Below, one piece after another: positions 35,843 through 44,000 of a stretch of DNA of 64,000 nucleotides. Source of the DNA: a virus; the IMG/VR virus record IMGVR_UViG_3300043548_000722, positions 1 through 64,000 of that record; one strand, written 5' to 3'. Positions within the stretch are counted from its first letter, which is position 1. The number at the start of each line of letters is the position of its first letter. The position numbers were made by a program, and so were the translations under genes. The notes under the pieces were generated by a model. That model was given only the letters and a program-made list of their open reading frames with translations. It searched no databases and had not been told where the DNA came from.

Positions 35843-36923
35843 TGTTTGTATCTCTGGACTGCGAGGCCATACGGGACAGGAGGATCTGCTGCTCTAGCGG
35901 CATCTTCTTGAATGTGCCAATCGGATCGCTCTTGAACCGCGACACTACGTCCTCCTCAAAAACATCTTGCAGCGCAGTGTGTGCGGCGGTGCTACCGGCA
36001 TATCGCATCAGCATGGAAGCCGTGACGTAGTCGCCTCCGTGAACCCAGGAATACTCAGCCTGCTTTTCCGTGCCAAAAACTGTGAGTACGGGGTCAGGGA
36101 TGTTCTGGCCATAACGATTTAGGAGTCCAGCACGCTCGTCCATCAGGAAGAGCGCCTCGACGACATCGTCTGGATCGAGCGCCGCCGCCATCTTGGCCAG
36201 TCGAAGGTAGTCTTCCTGGTACGCGGGGTTGGCTGTGTACTCTGCGCGACGAGAAGCAACCTTCTCAAAGCGCGGGTTGAGTGTGGTCCCGCTGTAACGG
36301 AAGATGTGATCCGGGATCTGCGCACCGATGTCGCTTGCGACCTTCACAATGTCGACTGCGGCCTCGTGCCGATCGTACGGATCGAGGTCATCCCATGCCT
36401 CAACGAGGGCCGAGATCGCATCAAAGGCAGACGCAGTCTTCTCATGCCTACCCAGCGGCACAGACATGCCCTTTCCAAGAGGACGCATGATCTGCGACGG
36501 CTCGTATGAGGCGGTTTTCGCGTACTGCGTAGCGGCAGACGCCGCCTTGATCAGTACGCGGCGTCCGTCCCCGGGAAGATCGTCTCCCTCATTGGCAAGG
36601 ATGGTCAGTGCCGGGTGAGAGGCGAGTCCGAGTGCGTCGGCCGCATCGAGAAGATTGGCCGCGGCCACCTTGACCGCCCCGCTGGGCAGGCCGTGCTCTG
36701 CGTTGAGCAAGTACCACTGCGAGAGAAAGGTGTTGCCCGCGTCATGGCACGCAAACTTGCGATGCTCCTTGCCTTGGCTGTCCATGATGATGAGCGCGAA
36801 GTCACGGTCATACAGATCGTCACGCTCCTTCCAGGATGCCGTCTTGAGGAACTCGACGCCGCTCTTGGGTCCAGTCGTGCGAAACAGCTCTCCGAGGTCG
36901 TCATGATGGTCGACTACAGCCAT
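35829..36923 (-). CDS. KxAS-rich head-region protein (six KxAS), first gene of the structural unit
   Basis: SD AGGAG; KTAS x3, KVAS x2, KAAS. Confidence 0.75.
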   Translation of the reverse strand: MAVVDHHDDLGELFRTTGPKSGVEFLKTASWKERDDLYDRDFALIIMDSQGKEHRKFACHDAGNTFLSQWYLLNAEHGLPSGAVKVAAANLLDAADALGLASHPALTILANEGDDLPGDGRRVLIKAASAATQYAKTASYEPSQIMRPLGKGMSVPLGRHEKTASAFDAISALVEAWDDLDPYDRHEAAVDIVKVASDIGAQIPDHIFRYSGTTLNPRFEKVASRRAEYTANPAYQEDYLRLAKMAAALDPDDVVEALFLMDERAGLLNRYGQNIPDPVLTVFGTEKQAEYSWVHGGDYVTASMLMRYAGSTAAHTALQDVFEEDVVSRFKSDPIGTFKKMPLEQQILLSRMASQSRDTNNGGY

Positions 36924-37003
36924 GTTTTAGCTCCTGAAGGAGAAAATGTAGATCCCAGTATACGCAGTCATAAGCCTTGTAGCACCCAACCAGAGGTTAG
37001 TGC
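36924..37003. promoter_or_regulatory. divergent control region between the structural and replication blocks
   Basis: Strand switch; GTCATAAG at 36967 (plus) and TATACT on the minus strand near 36957-36962. Confidence 0.6.
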
Positions 37004-37411
37004 ATGGGAACTTTCTCAAGTCGATTCGCAGATGACGAGGATGCCTCATCAGGAAGGCCAGAGTGCTACGGAGATCCCGACTATTACGATATCACGAACG
37101 ACGTGTGTAGGCAGTGTCGGTTCAAAGGCACCTGCCGACTCAAAGTCGGTGCGCTCGATCGAGAACAACGGAGAGTTCATTCACCAGCACCGCACACAGC
37201 GACTGCCGTCCCTACAACCGCAGCGACTGCATATAGGAATCGTCGCCCTGAGCCAGTGTACGCCCCTCCAACCGAGGAGTCCACGTTCTTCTCGGCCCTG
37301 GCCTGGAATGTAAGTCTGGATGCGGCAACTGCCAGCTTCGAGACTATCGCATCTGCTTTTGCGCGGATTCCGCGCGAAGGTTATCCTTCCTTACGGAAAT
37401 CTAGAAAATGA
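37004..37411 (+). CDS. small Cys4 metal-binding protein
   Basis: ECYG...VCRQCRFKGTC; first gene of the replication unit. Confidence 0.6.
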   Translation: MGTFSSRFADDEDASSGRPECYGDPDYYDITNDVCRQCRFKGTCRLKVGALDREQRRVHSPAPHTATAVPTTAATAYRNRRPEPVYAPPTEESTFFSALAWNVSLDAATASFETIASAFARIPREGYPSLRKSRK

Positions 37412-38781
37412 TCAAGCTGCCGATCTTGAAAGAGGCCACGGCTTACCGAGGTCGGCATCTTTTCTTGCCAAAGAGCCATGTCAAGCGTTCCATGGTTGAA
37501 GGGCTCCTGACCTTCGGGGATGACCCTTCCCGTGGAACGCGCGACCTGGTCGTGGATCATCCTCTTCACGTTCAGGTTCCGCGCTACACGCTGACAGATG
37601 CCCAGATTGAGAAGCTCGGGTGTGAGTTCATAGACTATCGCCCAGAGTTCCCAAAGATTGAGTTGACGCCAAAGCCTTCCTTTCAGCTTCGAGACAACCA
37701 AGAGGAGGCTTGGGAGGCACTCAAGGTGGCAGATCGCGGAGTCCTGAATCTTGCATGTGGCAAAGGAAAGACCGTGCTTGGATGGGCCAAGGCCGCGCAT
37801 GAGGGAGTGCCGACACTCATTGTTAGTCCACAGACGGCGCACCTCGACAACTGGATTGCAGAGCTACACCAGTTCTTCGACTATAAGAAAAAGATTGGAT
37901 GGATCCAAGGTAAGAAGTTCGAGTACGAGGAAGACATCTGCGTCTCGACCGTCCAGACATTGGCCGCGCGCGCAGAGGAAGGATTGCTGCCGCCTGACTT
38001 CTACCGTCGATTCGGGCTCGTCATCTATGACGAGTGCCACATCATGGCCGCAGATTTCTTCTCAAAGGCCAGCAGTGTTGGCTCTGGCACAAGGATCGGA
38101 CTGACCGCAACTCCGACGAGGACGGACCGCTGCGAGGGAGTGTTCTTCTCGCACCTCGGCCCGGTGTTCTACTCGGACATCACTCAAGACCTAACTCCTA
38201 CGATTTTTGTCGTAGATGCCGGAGCCTTCTTCAGTGAAGCCGAGCGGTCTCGGATGCTGGACCGAAATGGGCAGCTAAACATTGGGCGGCTTCACAAGAC
38301 CCTCGCAGAGAATGCCGATCGGAATCGGGTCATCCAGCAAGTTATCGACGAGTGCCTCAAAAGAGGAAGGACCGTGTACGCGCTCTCACACGGGCCAGAG
38401 CACATCGAGACGTTCCAGCAGAGCAATCCCGGAAGCACCGTCATTCACGGAGGGACGAAGTCAACCGAGAGGCTGGATCTGTTGAACGGTAGCAATCTGG
38501 TCTTTGCCTCGATTGGCGTCGGGGCGGCGGCCTACAACCGGAAGGACCTGGACACGTTGATTCTGATGACGCCCTTTGCCGCGCGCTCGCATTCGGCGAT
38601 TACGTTCCAGCAGAGCGTGGGGCGGATCCTCCGAGCCCTTCCGGGTAAGAAGGAACCGTGGGTATTTCTGATCATGGACAAGTCGGTGGACGCGTGTAAG
38701 GGAATGATCCACTCTTTGATCCGTGAAAGTCAACGTAAGAAATACCGTGTCATAACGAAATGGAACTGGACCTCGATATAG
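37408..38781 (+). CDS. superfamily 2 (UvsW/Rad25-like) DNA helicase
   Basis: LRDNQ Q-motif, ACGKGKT, DECH, TATP, QSVGRILR. Confidence 0.9.
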   Translation: MIKLPILKEATAYRGRHLFLPKSHVKRSMVEGLLTFGDDPSRGTRDLVVDHPLHVQVPRYTLTDAQIEKLGCEFIDYRPEFPKIELTPKPSFQLRDNQEEAWEALKVADRGVLNLACGKGKTVLGWAKAAHEGVPTLIVSPQTAHLDNWIAELHQFFDYKKKIGWIQGKKFEYEEDICVSTVQTLAARAEEGLLPPDFYRRFGLVIYDECHIMAADFFSKASSVGSGTRIGLTATPTRTDRCEGVFFSHLGPVFYSDITQDLTPTIFVVDAGAFFSEAERSRMLDRNGQLNIGRLHKTLAENADRNRVIQQVIDECLKRGRTVYALSHGPEHIETFQQSNPGSTVIHGGTKSTERLDLLNGSNLVFASIGVGAAAYNRKDLDTLILMTPFAARSHSAITFQQSVGRILRALPGKKEPWVFLIMDKSVDACKGMIHSLIRESQRKKYRVITKWNWTSI

Positions 38782-38792
38782 GTGAGGTAAGC

Positions 38793-39506
38793 ATGATTGG
38801 ATTGAGCCGGATTCGGGCTCTGCATCACGAGTACAGTCGGTGCTCCCGATGCCCCCGACTGTGTGAGAGCCGGACTCAGCCGGTCTTCGGGGCAGGAAGT
38901 GTGCATGCCGACATTGTCTACGTCGGCGGCGCTCCGGGTGAAGAGGAGGATGCCGAAGGTACGCCCTTTGTAGGGGCGGCTGGTCGGCTGTTACTACAGC
39001 TGTTCGAGAAGGTCTGGCCGTCAGATGACGAGCTGGAGGAGATTCGCGGCATCGATGATAACAATGCCTACTTTGATCGACTGTCAGAGTACATGCTTCG
39101 GCATGTGTTCCTTACAAACTCGGTCCTGTGCCGCCCTGAAGATGATAGGACGCCTTCTGCCACAGAGCTGAAAGAGTGCAAGGAGCGGCTGCACCAGACC
39201 ATCTACGCGATCGATCCCATCTTGATCATCGCGGGCGGTAAGACGGCGGCATCGCAGCTCGTAGGAAAGAACGTCAACATCCTTGAGAGGCGAGGGGACT
39301 TGATGGACATCACCATCGTGTCTCCTTCGACGCAACGTGAAGTTCGCTACACGATGCTCCCGGTTCTGGATTGCGGATTCCTCCTCAAGAAGGGGGACAG
39401 TGCCCTCGTCAAAGAGAAGAAAGGGCACACATTTGACACGCTCGGCGACTTTCGCTTTGCGGTCGATATTGTCAACAACCATAGAAAGCTTGTGAGAGGT
39501 GTCTAA
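38793..39506 (+). CDS. family 4 uracil-DNA glycosylase-like protein (atypical motifs)
   Basis: CSRCPRLC, VFGAG, GGAPGEEED, PFVGAAG, TNSVLCRP, ELKEC; start 38793 (SD GAGG). Confidence 0.85.
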   Translation: MIGLSRIRALHHEYSRCSRCPRLCESRTQPVFGAGSVHADIVYVGGAPGEEEDAEGTPFVGAAGRLLLQLFEKVWPSDDELEEIRGIDDNNAYFDRLSEYMLRHVFLTNSVLCRPEDDRTPSATELKECKERLHQTIYAIDPILIIAGGKTAASQLVGKNVNILERRGDLMDITIVSPSTQREVRYTMLPVLDCGFLLKKGDSALVKEKKGHTFDTLGDFRFAVDIVNNHRKLVRGV

Positions 39507-39928
39507 TGCAGAACACCACGCGACTGGTCGAGATCAGCGTTCGGCTCCGTGAACTCAAGGACATCCTGCGTGCCTCGGAGCCGGAGGTCTTTGAGGAGAT
39601 GCAGGAGCTGGAAGGGGAACGTGCGGACTTGGCGGAGAAGGCCAAGACGGAACTTCGTGAGGCCGGTGTCGGCACGCATGATGTCGGTGGGTTCAAGTTC
39701 CGGGTACAGCCTGGGACGAAGAAGCGCGTGTACCAGACGGAGGACATCCTCGAGTTGGCAGAGGAGCTGGGGCACCTCGAGTTGCTTCAGCAGTACAAGG
39801 TTTTGCGCTCCGAAGTCGACCCCGCCCAGATTGAGCGCCTTCCGGGAGACATCAAGGTTCACTACCAGGATCTCTACACGGAGACTGTTCAGAGCGCCAA
39901 GGTCACACTTCCGAAGGAAGTGCAGTGA
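39506..39928 (+). CDS. hypothetical protein (coiled coil)
   Basis: 140 aa, TAATG-coupled, coding-like codon bias. Confidence 0.65.
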   Translation: MQNTTRLVEISVRLRELKDILRASEPEVFEEMQELEGERADLAEKAKTELREAGVGTHDVGGFKFRVQPGTKKRVYQTEDILELAEELGHLELLQQYKVLRSEVDPAQIERLPGDIKVHYQDLYTETVQSAKVTLPKEVQ

Positions 39929-40248
39929 TTGAAGTGTCCATCGCAGCCGGCAAGGAGCGCCGGCTGTACTCCGCCGCAGTCACGCACAAGGAGATGTCGA
40001 TGGAGAAGGATCAGTTCGCCGCCCTGGTAGGGGATGGCAAGGCATCTGTGAGTCTTGCGATGTCCTACGCGGACAAGGATTACGGCAACGGCTATGAGGT
40101 AAGGGTCAGCGTCCACCTGTCCTGCAATCAAGACGCGGCTACGATTGACGAGGCCAGGACTCTCGTACTGGAAGCAGTGCGGGACCACCTCGAAGTCGCT
40201 AAGCGAGAGGCAGAGGAACTCTATGAGGAACTCAGCGGAAGAGGCTAA
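39925..40248 (+). CDS. hypothetical protein
   Basis: 107 aa ORF within the operon. Confidence 0.6.
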   Translation: MIEVSIAAGKERRLYSAAVTHKEMSMEKDQFAALVGDGKASVSLAMSYADKDYGNGYEVRVSVHLSCNQDAATIDEARTLVLEAVRDHLEVAKREAEELYEELSGRG

Positions 40249-40504
40249 AGTCTCCCTTCGCATTCTACGGGTGGAGATTACGCCCAATTCCGGAGAAATC
40301 CGGGTCTCCTACGTGGTCGGCCTGGAGAACAAGACGTTCACCGGAGAGATCGGCGGTGGAGAGACCTCCTTCGCCCATGAGGTCCTCGGCCCCCAGCTCT
40401 TTGAGCTTGTCAGCAAAGTCGAGGCCCAGATCTGTCAGGATCTGGGCCTCGGCCCGCCGCAAGAAGAACAAGTACTTGCATATGACGATGAGGATCCCCT
40501 GTAA
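40223..40504 (+). CDS. hypothetical protein
   Basis: Probable start 40223 (SD GAGG); acidic C-terminus; coupled to the helicase. Confidence 0.55.
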   Translation: MRNSAEEAKVSLRILRVEITPNSGEIRVSYVVGLENKTFTGEIGGGETSFAHEVLGPQLFELVSKVEAQICQDLGLGPPQEEQVLAYDDEDPL

Positions 40505-41913
40505 TGGCACATCCGGAATTGGAGCTTATTAGCAACATCCTGTCCACAGGAGACTTCAATACACCAAAGAAGAAAGGATTGACTCCAGAGTGGTTCACGC
40601 TGGATGTCGCTCGTGATGCGTACCACTGGCTGTGGAACGAGTACCACGACCCGCAGCAGCGCGGAGAAGTACCGACCGTTGAGAGGTTCCTGCGGAAGTT
40701 TCCGGGCTTCGATTACAGCCCGAGTCGGAACTCGCTAAATGCGCTAATCACAGACGTACGGACCCAGAAGGTACAGTCTGACCTGCAAAGCATTCTCAAT
40801 GAGATGCAGGACGAGATCACGGACGGATCTGATCCGTCTCTGATCTTAGACACCTTCCTCCCGAAGATTCGGAGGATGAATGTGGAGGCCCATGAAGAAG
40901 ATGGCATCCTGCTGTCCGGTTCATTGGCCCTGCTACGTCAACAGTACAACACCCACGCCGAGTCGGGAGGGGTTGTCGGCATTCCGTACCCGTGGGAGGT
41001 TCTGAACCAAAAGACGGGTGGTATGCGAGACGAGGAGTTCATCGTCATTTACGGCCGCCCTGGCAACATGAAAACGTGGGTAGCATGCGCCATCGCGGCG
41101 AAGGCGTATCTGGAGAATCATCGCGTGATGATCTTCTCCAAGGAGATCTCACGAGAGGCGATGCTGACGCGCGTCTGTTCTGTGCTGGGTAACGTGGACT
41201 ATGATCGTCTCCGTCGAGGCATCCTGTCGGAAGAAGATGCCGACGAGTTCTTCGAGCTCATGGATGAGCTTGCGGAGTCTGAGGAAGAAGACAGCACTGG
41301 CTCTCATCACCGAGCCCTGATGTTCATGTCCGACAAGGGCAAGAAGGCAGGCTCAACAGTAGAAGACTTGATTGCCGCCGCAGAGAGGTTCCAGCCGGAC
41401 CTCATTGTGGTGGACGGCTTCTACTTGATGAAGGATGGAAGATCTGGGCAGAGAACGGCAGACTGGAAACAGATCAGCCACATCAGCCAAGACCTAAAAG
41501 CGATGGCTCAATTTGTCGGCTGCCCTGTGATTGGAACAACGCAGGCCAACCGCGCGAACGCAAAGGAACCCTCGGGAGACCTGGACGACCTGTCCTTCGC
41601 AGATGGCATTGGCCAAGACGCAGACATCGCCTTCCGCGTGTTTCGCGGTCCCAATCCATCTGGAAGAGGAGCTTCGCTTCTCTTCATCTTCTCGAAAAGC
41701 AGAGAGACAGTCATCCCTCCGTTCATCATCAATGCAAACCCTGGCTCAGACTTCAGCGTGCAGCAGTCTCATGCGAACGTAAAAGCGTTCCTTGACATGA
41801 AGAAGCAGATGGAGATGAGTGAGGGGGCGGACGACGACGACGGAAGCGGTGGCGCCCCCAAACAAGAGGCAAAGAAGAAACCAAAGAAGAGAGATGACCC
41901 ATTCCGAGCTTAG
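40504..41913 (+). CDS. dnaB: replicative DNA helicase (DnaB/SF4)
   Basis: GIPYPW..LN..TGG, YGRPGNMKT, IFSKE, IVVDG, TTQANR, IGQDAD. Confidence 0.9.
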   Translation: MAHPELELISNILSTGDFNTPKKKGLTPEWFTLDVARDAYHWLWNEYHDPQQRGEVPTVERFLRKFPGFDYSPSRNSLNALITDVRTQKVQSDLQSILNEMQDEITDGSDPSLILDTFLPKIRRMNVEAHEEDGILLSGSLALLRQQYNTHAESGGVVGIPYPWEVLNQKTGGMRDEEFIVIYGRPGNMKTWVACAIAAKAYLENHRVMIFSKEISREAMLTRVCSVLGNVDYDRLRRGILSEEDADEFFELMDELAESEEEDSTGSHHRALMFMSDKGKKAGSTVEDLIAAAERFQPDLIVVDGFYLMKDGRSGQRTADWKQISHISQDLKAMAQFVGCPVIGTTQANRANAKEPSGDLDDLSFADGIGQDADIAFRVFRGPNPSGRGASLLFIFSKSRETVIPPFIINANPGSDFSVQQSHANVKAFLDMKKQMEMSEGADDDDGSGGAPKQEAKKKPKKRDDPFRA

Positions 41914-42856
41914 GTTCCTGCCGGAGTTTGAAAAGTATGTCCCCGGACTCCGCGTGGGGTCCGGGGACAACTACATGGGGTTCTGCCCCATTCACGGAGA
42001 GGTGCCAGGGCAGAGTAAGCCCAGTCTTTCGGTCAATGCTGCGACGGGGCTGTGGCACTGCTTTGCGGGATGTGGCGGTGGCAACATCCGCACGTTTCTC
42101 AGGCTGCTGGGCGAGTCAAGCGCGACGATTGACCGAGTAGCGAAAAAATCATCGACAAAGAAAGCAAGACCGGCTAAGAGGGAAGCACCTCCGGATAGCC
42201 TGCCAGAGAGGCTTTTGGGGGTCTTCGACTGGTGCCCGACGAAGCTGGTGTCGGAGGGCTTCAGTGAAAAAGTGCTCTTTGAAAATGATGTAGGGTACGA
42301 CAAGAAGTTGTCGAGAGTCACGTTTCCCGTGCGAGACAAAGACGGGAAGCTGGTGGGCATCGTTGGAAAGCAGCCCACCAGTGAATTCGGAAAATACAAA
42401 GTCTATACTACCGAGCTTCTGGAGTATGGACTTCAGGTTCCCACATTCTCAAAAGGGGACCATGTTTGGCGGCTCAACAAGGTCGCGACGCAGCTCAAGA
42501 CGGAACGGAAACCCGTTTACATCGTCGAAGGCTTCAAGGCGGCGCTGTGGTTCTGCCAGGCAGGCATCAACAATGTGGTCGCGCTGATGGGCAGCCACAT
42601 GACAGATGCACAGAAGAAGCTCATTGAGAGTCTAACTTCCCAAGTGATTTTGTGTCTGGATAACGACGACGCAGGTCATGCAGGAAGTCTCAAAATCAGT
42701 CAAAAACTTCAAGCGGCACGAATTAGTGTGGTTGTGCTGCCAGAAGGCATCCACCAACCGGATGACCTGACGGCAGCAGAGCTGCGTGAACTGTGCCGCA
42801 CTCCCGTCAGTATCAGTGAGGCAAGAAGACAATGGCTCCTAAGACCATCCCCATGA
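41894..42856 (+). CDS. dnaG: DNA primase (DnaG-like, CHC2 Zn finger plus TOPRIM)
   Basis: CPIH...CFAGC, RVTFPVRD, IVEG, LCLDNDDAG; start reassigned from 41819. Confidence 0.9.
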   Translation: MTHSELRFLPEFEKYVPGLRVGSGDNYMGFCPIHGEVPGQSKPSLSVNAATGLWHCFAGCGGGNIRTFLRLLGESSATIDRVAKKSSTKKARPAKREAPPDSLPERLLGVFDWCPTKLVSEGFSEKVLFENDVGYDKKLSRVTFPVRDKDGKLVGIVGKQPTSEFGKYKVYTTELLEYGLQVPTFSKGDHVWRLNKVATQLKTERKPVYIVEGFKAALWFCQAGINNVVALMGSHMTDAQKKLIESLTSQVILCLDNDDAGHAGSLKISQKLQAARISVVVLPEGIHQPDDLTAAELRELCRTPVSISEARRQWLLRPSP

Positions 42857-43950
42857 GCGCCGGGCGCACTCGGCGCGACAGCAAAGGCAATCCCCGTGGC
42901 AAGCGTGCCGGCTGGTCGGCCAAGTGGTCCGACGAATTGAAGATCGGGAAGGACGAGTCCGCGTGGATTCAGCTGACTCCCGGTAAGTACAGCAGTGAGG
43001 AGGGCGTGCAGCCCTACTTCTCCGCCCCCATGTTCAAGCTCCAGTTCAACAACAAGTTCGGCACGACTTCCTGGGGCTACTTCCGGGGCAACGGCGGGCC
43101 GGACTGCACGCTTCAGAAGCTTGCGGACTCGAACAACCCGAATGTGCAGGAGCCCAAGTACGGCGAGCCCAACCGCTTCTACGTGGGCATCATTCACTAC
43201 GCCCTCTACCACAAGACCCCGATTGAGAAGAATGGGCAGGTCATTACCTACTCGGAAGGCAAGCTGAAGGGTCAGCCCGTCTACCAGTGGAATGAGGTCA
43301 AGTCGGTGCGTGAGAAGAAGCAGCTTCTCACCGCTGGAGACGTGGACTCCCTGGGGTTCTATCGCAAGAAGTTCCTGGAGCTTCCGGCCACCCAGTTCAA
43401 GGTGGTGCAGGAGATTGCCCGCAAGGCGCGTTCGATCTGCAAGTGCGGCGGCACACTGTTCCCCTCGGTGTTCGTCTGCCCGGCTTGCGAGAACGTCCTG
43501 CTCGACACGAATGAGTCGGACATGACGGACTCGGAGATCATGAACTACGCCGACCAGGACATTCGCTGCCGCCACTGTGGCGCGGTGGAGTTCCCGCGCG
43601 CGGAGTACGACTGTGACTCCTGCGCGGATCCTCGGCCCCACGAGTACCATGAGGTCGTGGCCAAGCTCAAGAAGGTCACCGGACCCACGGGCTACCCGAC
43701 GATTGCGCTGGACTCCGTGGTTCCGGTCACCGAGTTCACCATGGAGAACAAGCAGTGCCCCGTGACGGTCAATGGAGAGGGAGCCCTCACCTACGACGAG
43801 TCCTTGGATAATCTGATGAAGAATCAGTTTGACTTCGAGGAGTACACCAAGCCTCGGACAAACGCAGAGTACGCGGAGATGCTGGGCTTGCGTGAGGGCG
43901 ACATCGGGTTCGCCTCTTCCGCCAAGCGGTACAACAACTTCCGCGGCTAA
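42832..43950 (+). CDS. putative ssDNA-binding protein with Zn-ribbon insert
   Basis: Lies between primase and polymerase, highly biased codons, followed by a strong hairpin, aromatic-rich; CKC...CPAC...CRHC...CDSC. Confidence 0.5.
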   Translation: MAPKTIPMSAGRTRRDSKGNPRGKRAGWSAKWSDELKIGKDESAWIQLTPGKYSSEEGVQPYFSAPMFKLQFNNKFGTTSWGYFRGNGGPDCTLQKLADSNNPNVQEPKYGEPNRFYVGIIHYALYHKTPIEKNGQVITYSEGKLKGQPVYQWNEVKSVREKKQLLTAGDVDSLGFYRKKFLELPATQFKVVQEIARKARSICKCGGTLFPSVFVCPACENVLLDTNESDMTDSEIMNYADQDIRCRHCGAVEFPRAEYDCDSCADPRPHEYHEVVAKLKKVTGPTGYPTIALDSVVPVTEFTMENKQCPVTVNGEGALTYDESLDNLMKNQFDFEEYTKPRTNAEYAEMLGLREGDIGFASSAKRYNNFRG

Positions 43951-43956
43951 TCACTG

Positions 43957-43990
43957 CCGAGGGGCCCCTTCTGGGGCCCCTCGGTCTTTG
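43957..43990 (+). terminator. hairpin terminator/attenuator after the SSB-like gene
   Basis: CCGAGGGGCCCC-TTCT-GGGGCCCCTCGG followed by TCTTTG. Confidence 0.7.
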
Positions 43991-44000
43991 CGGAGGAACC

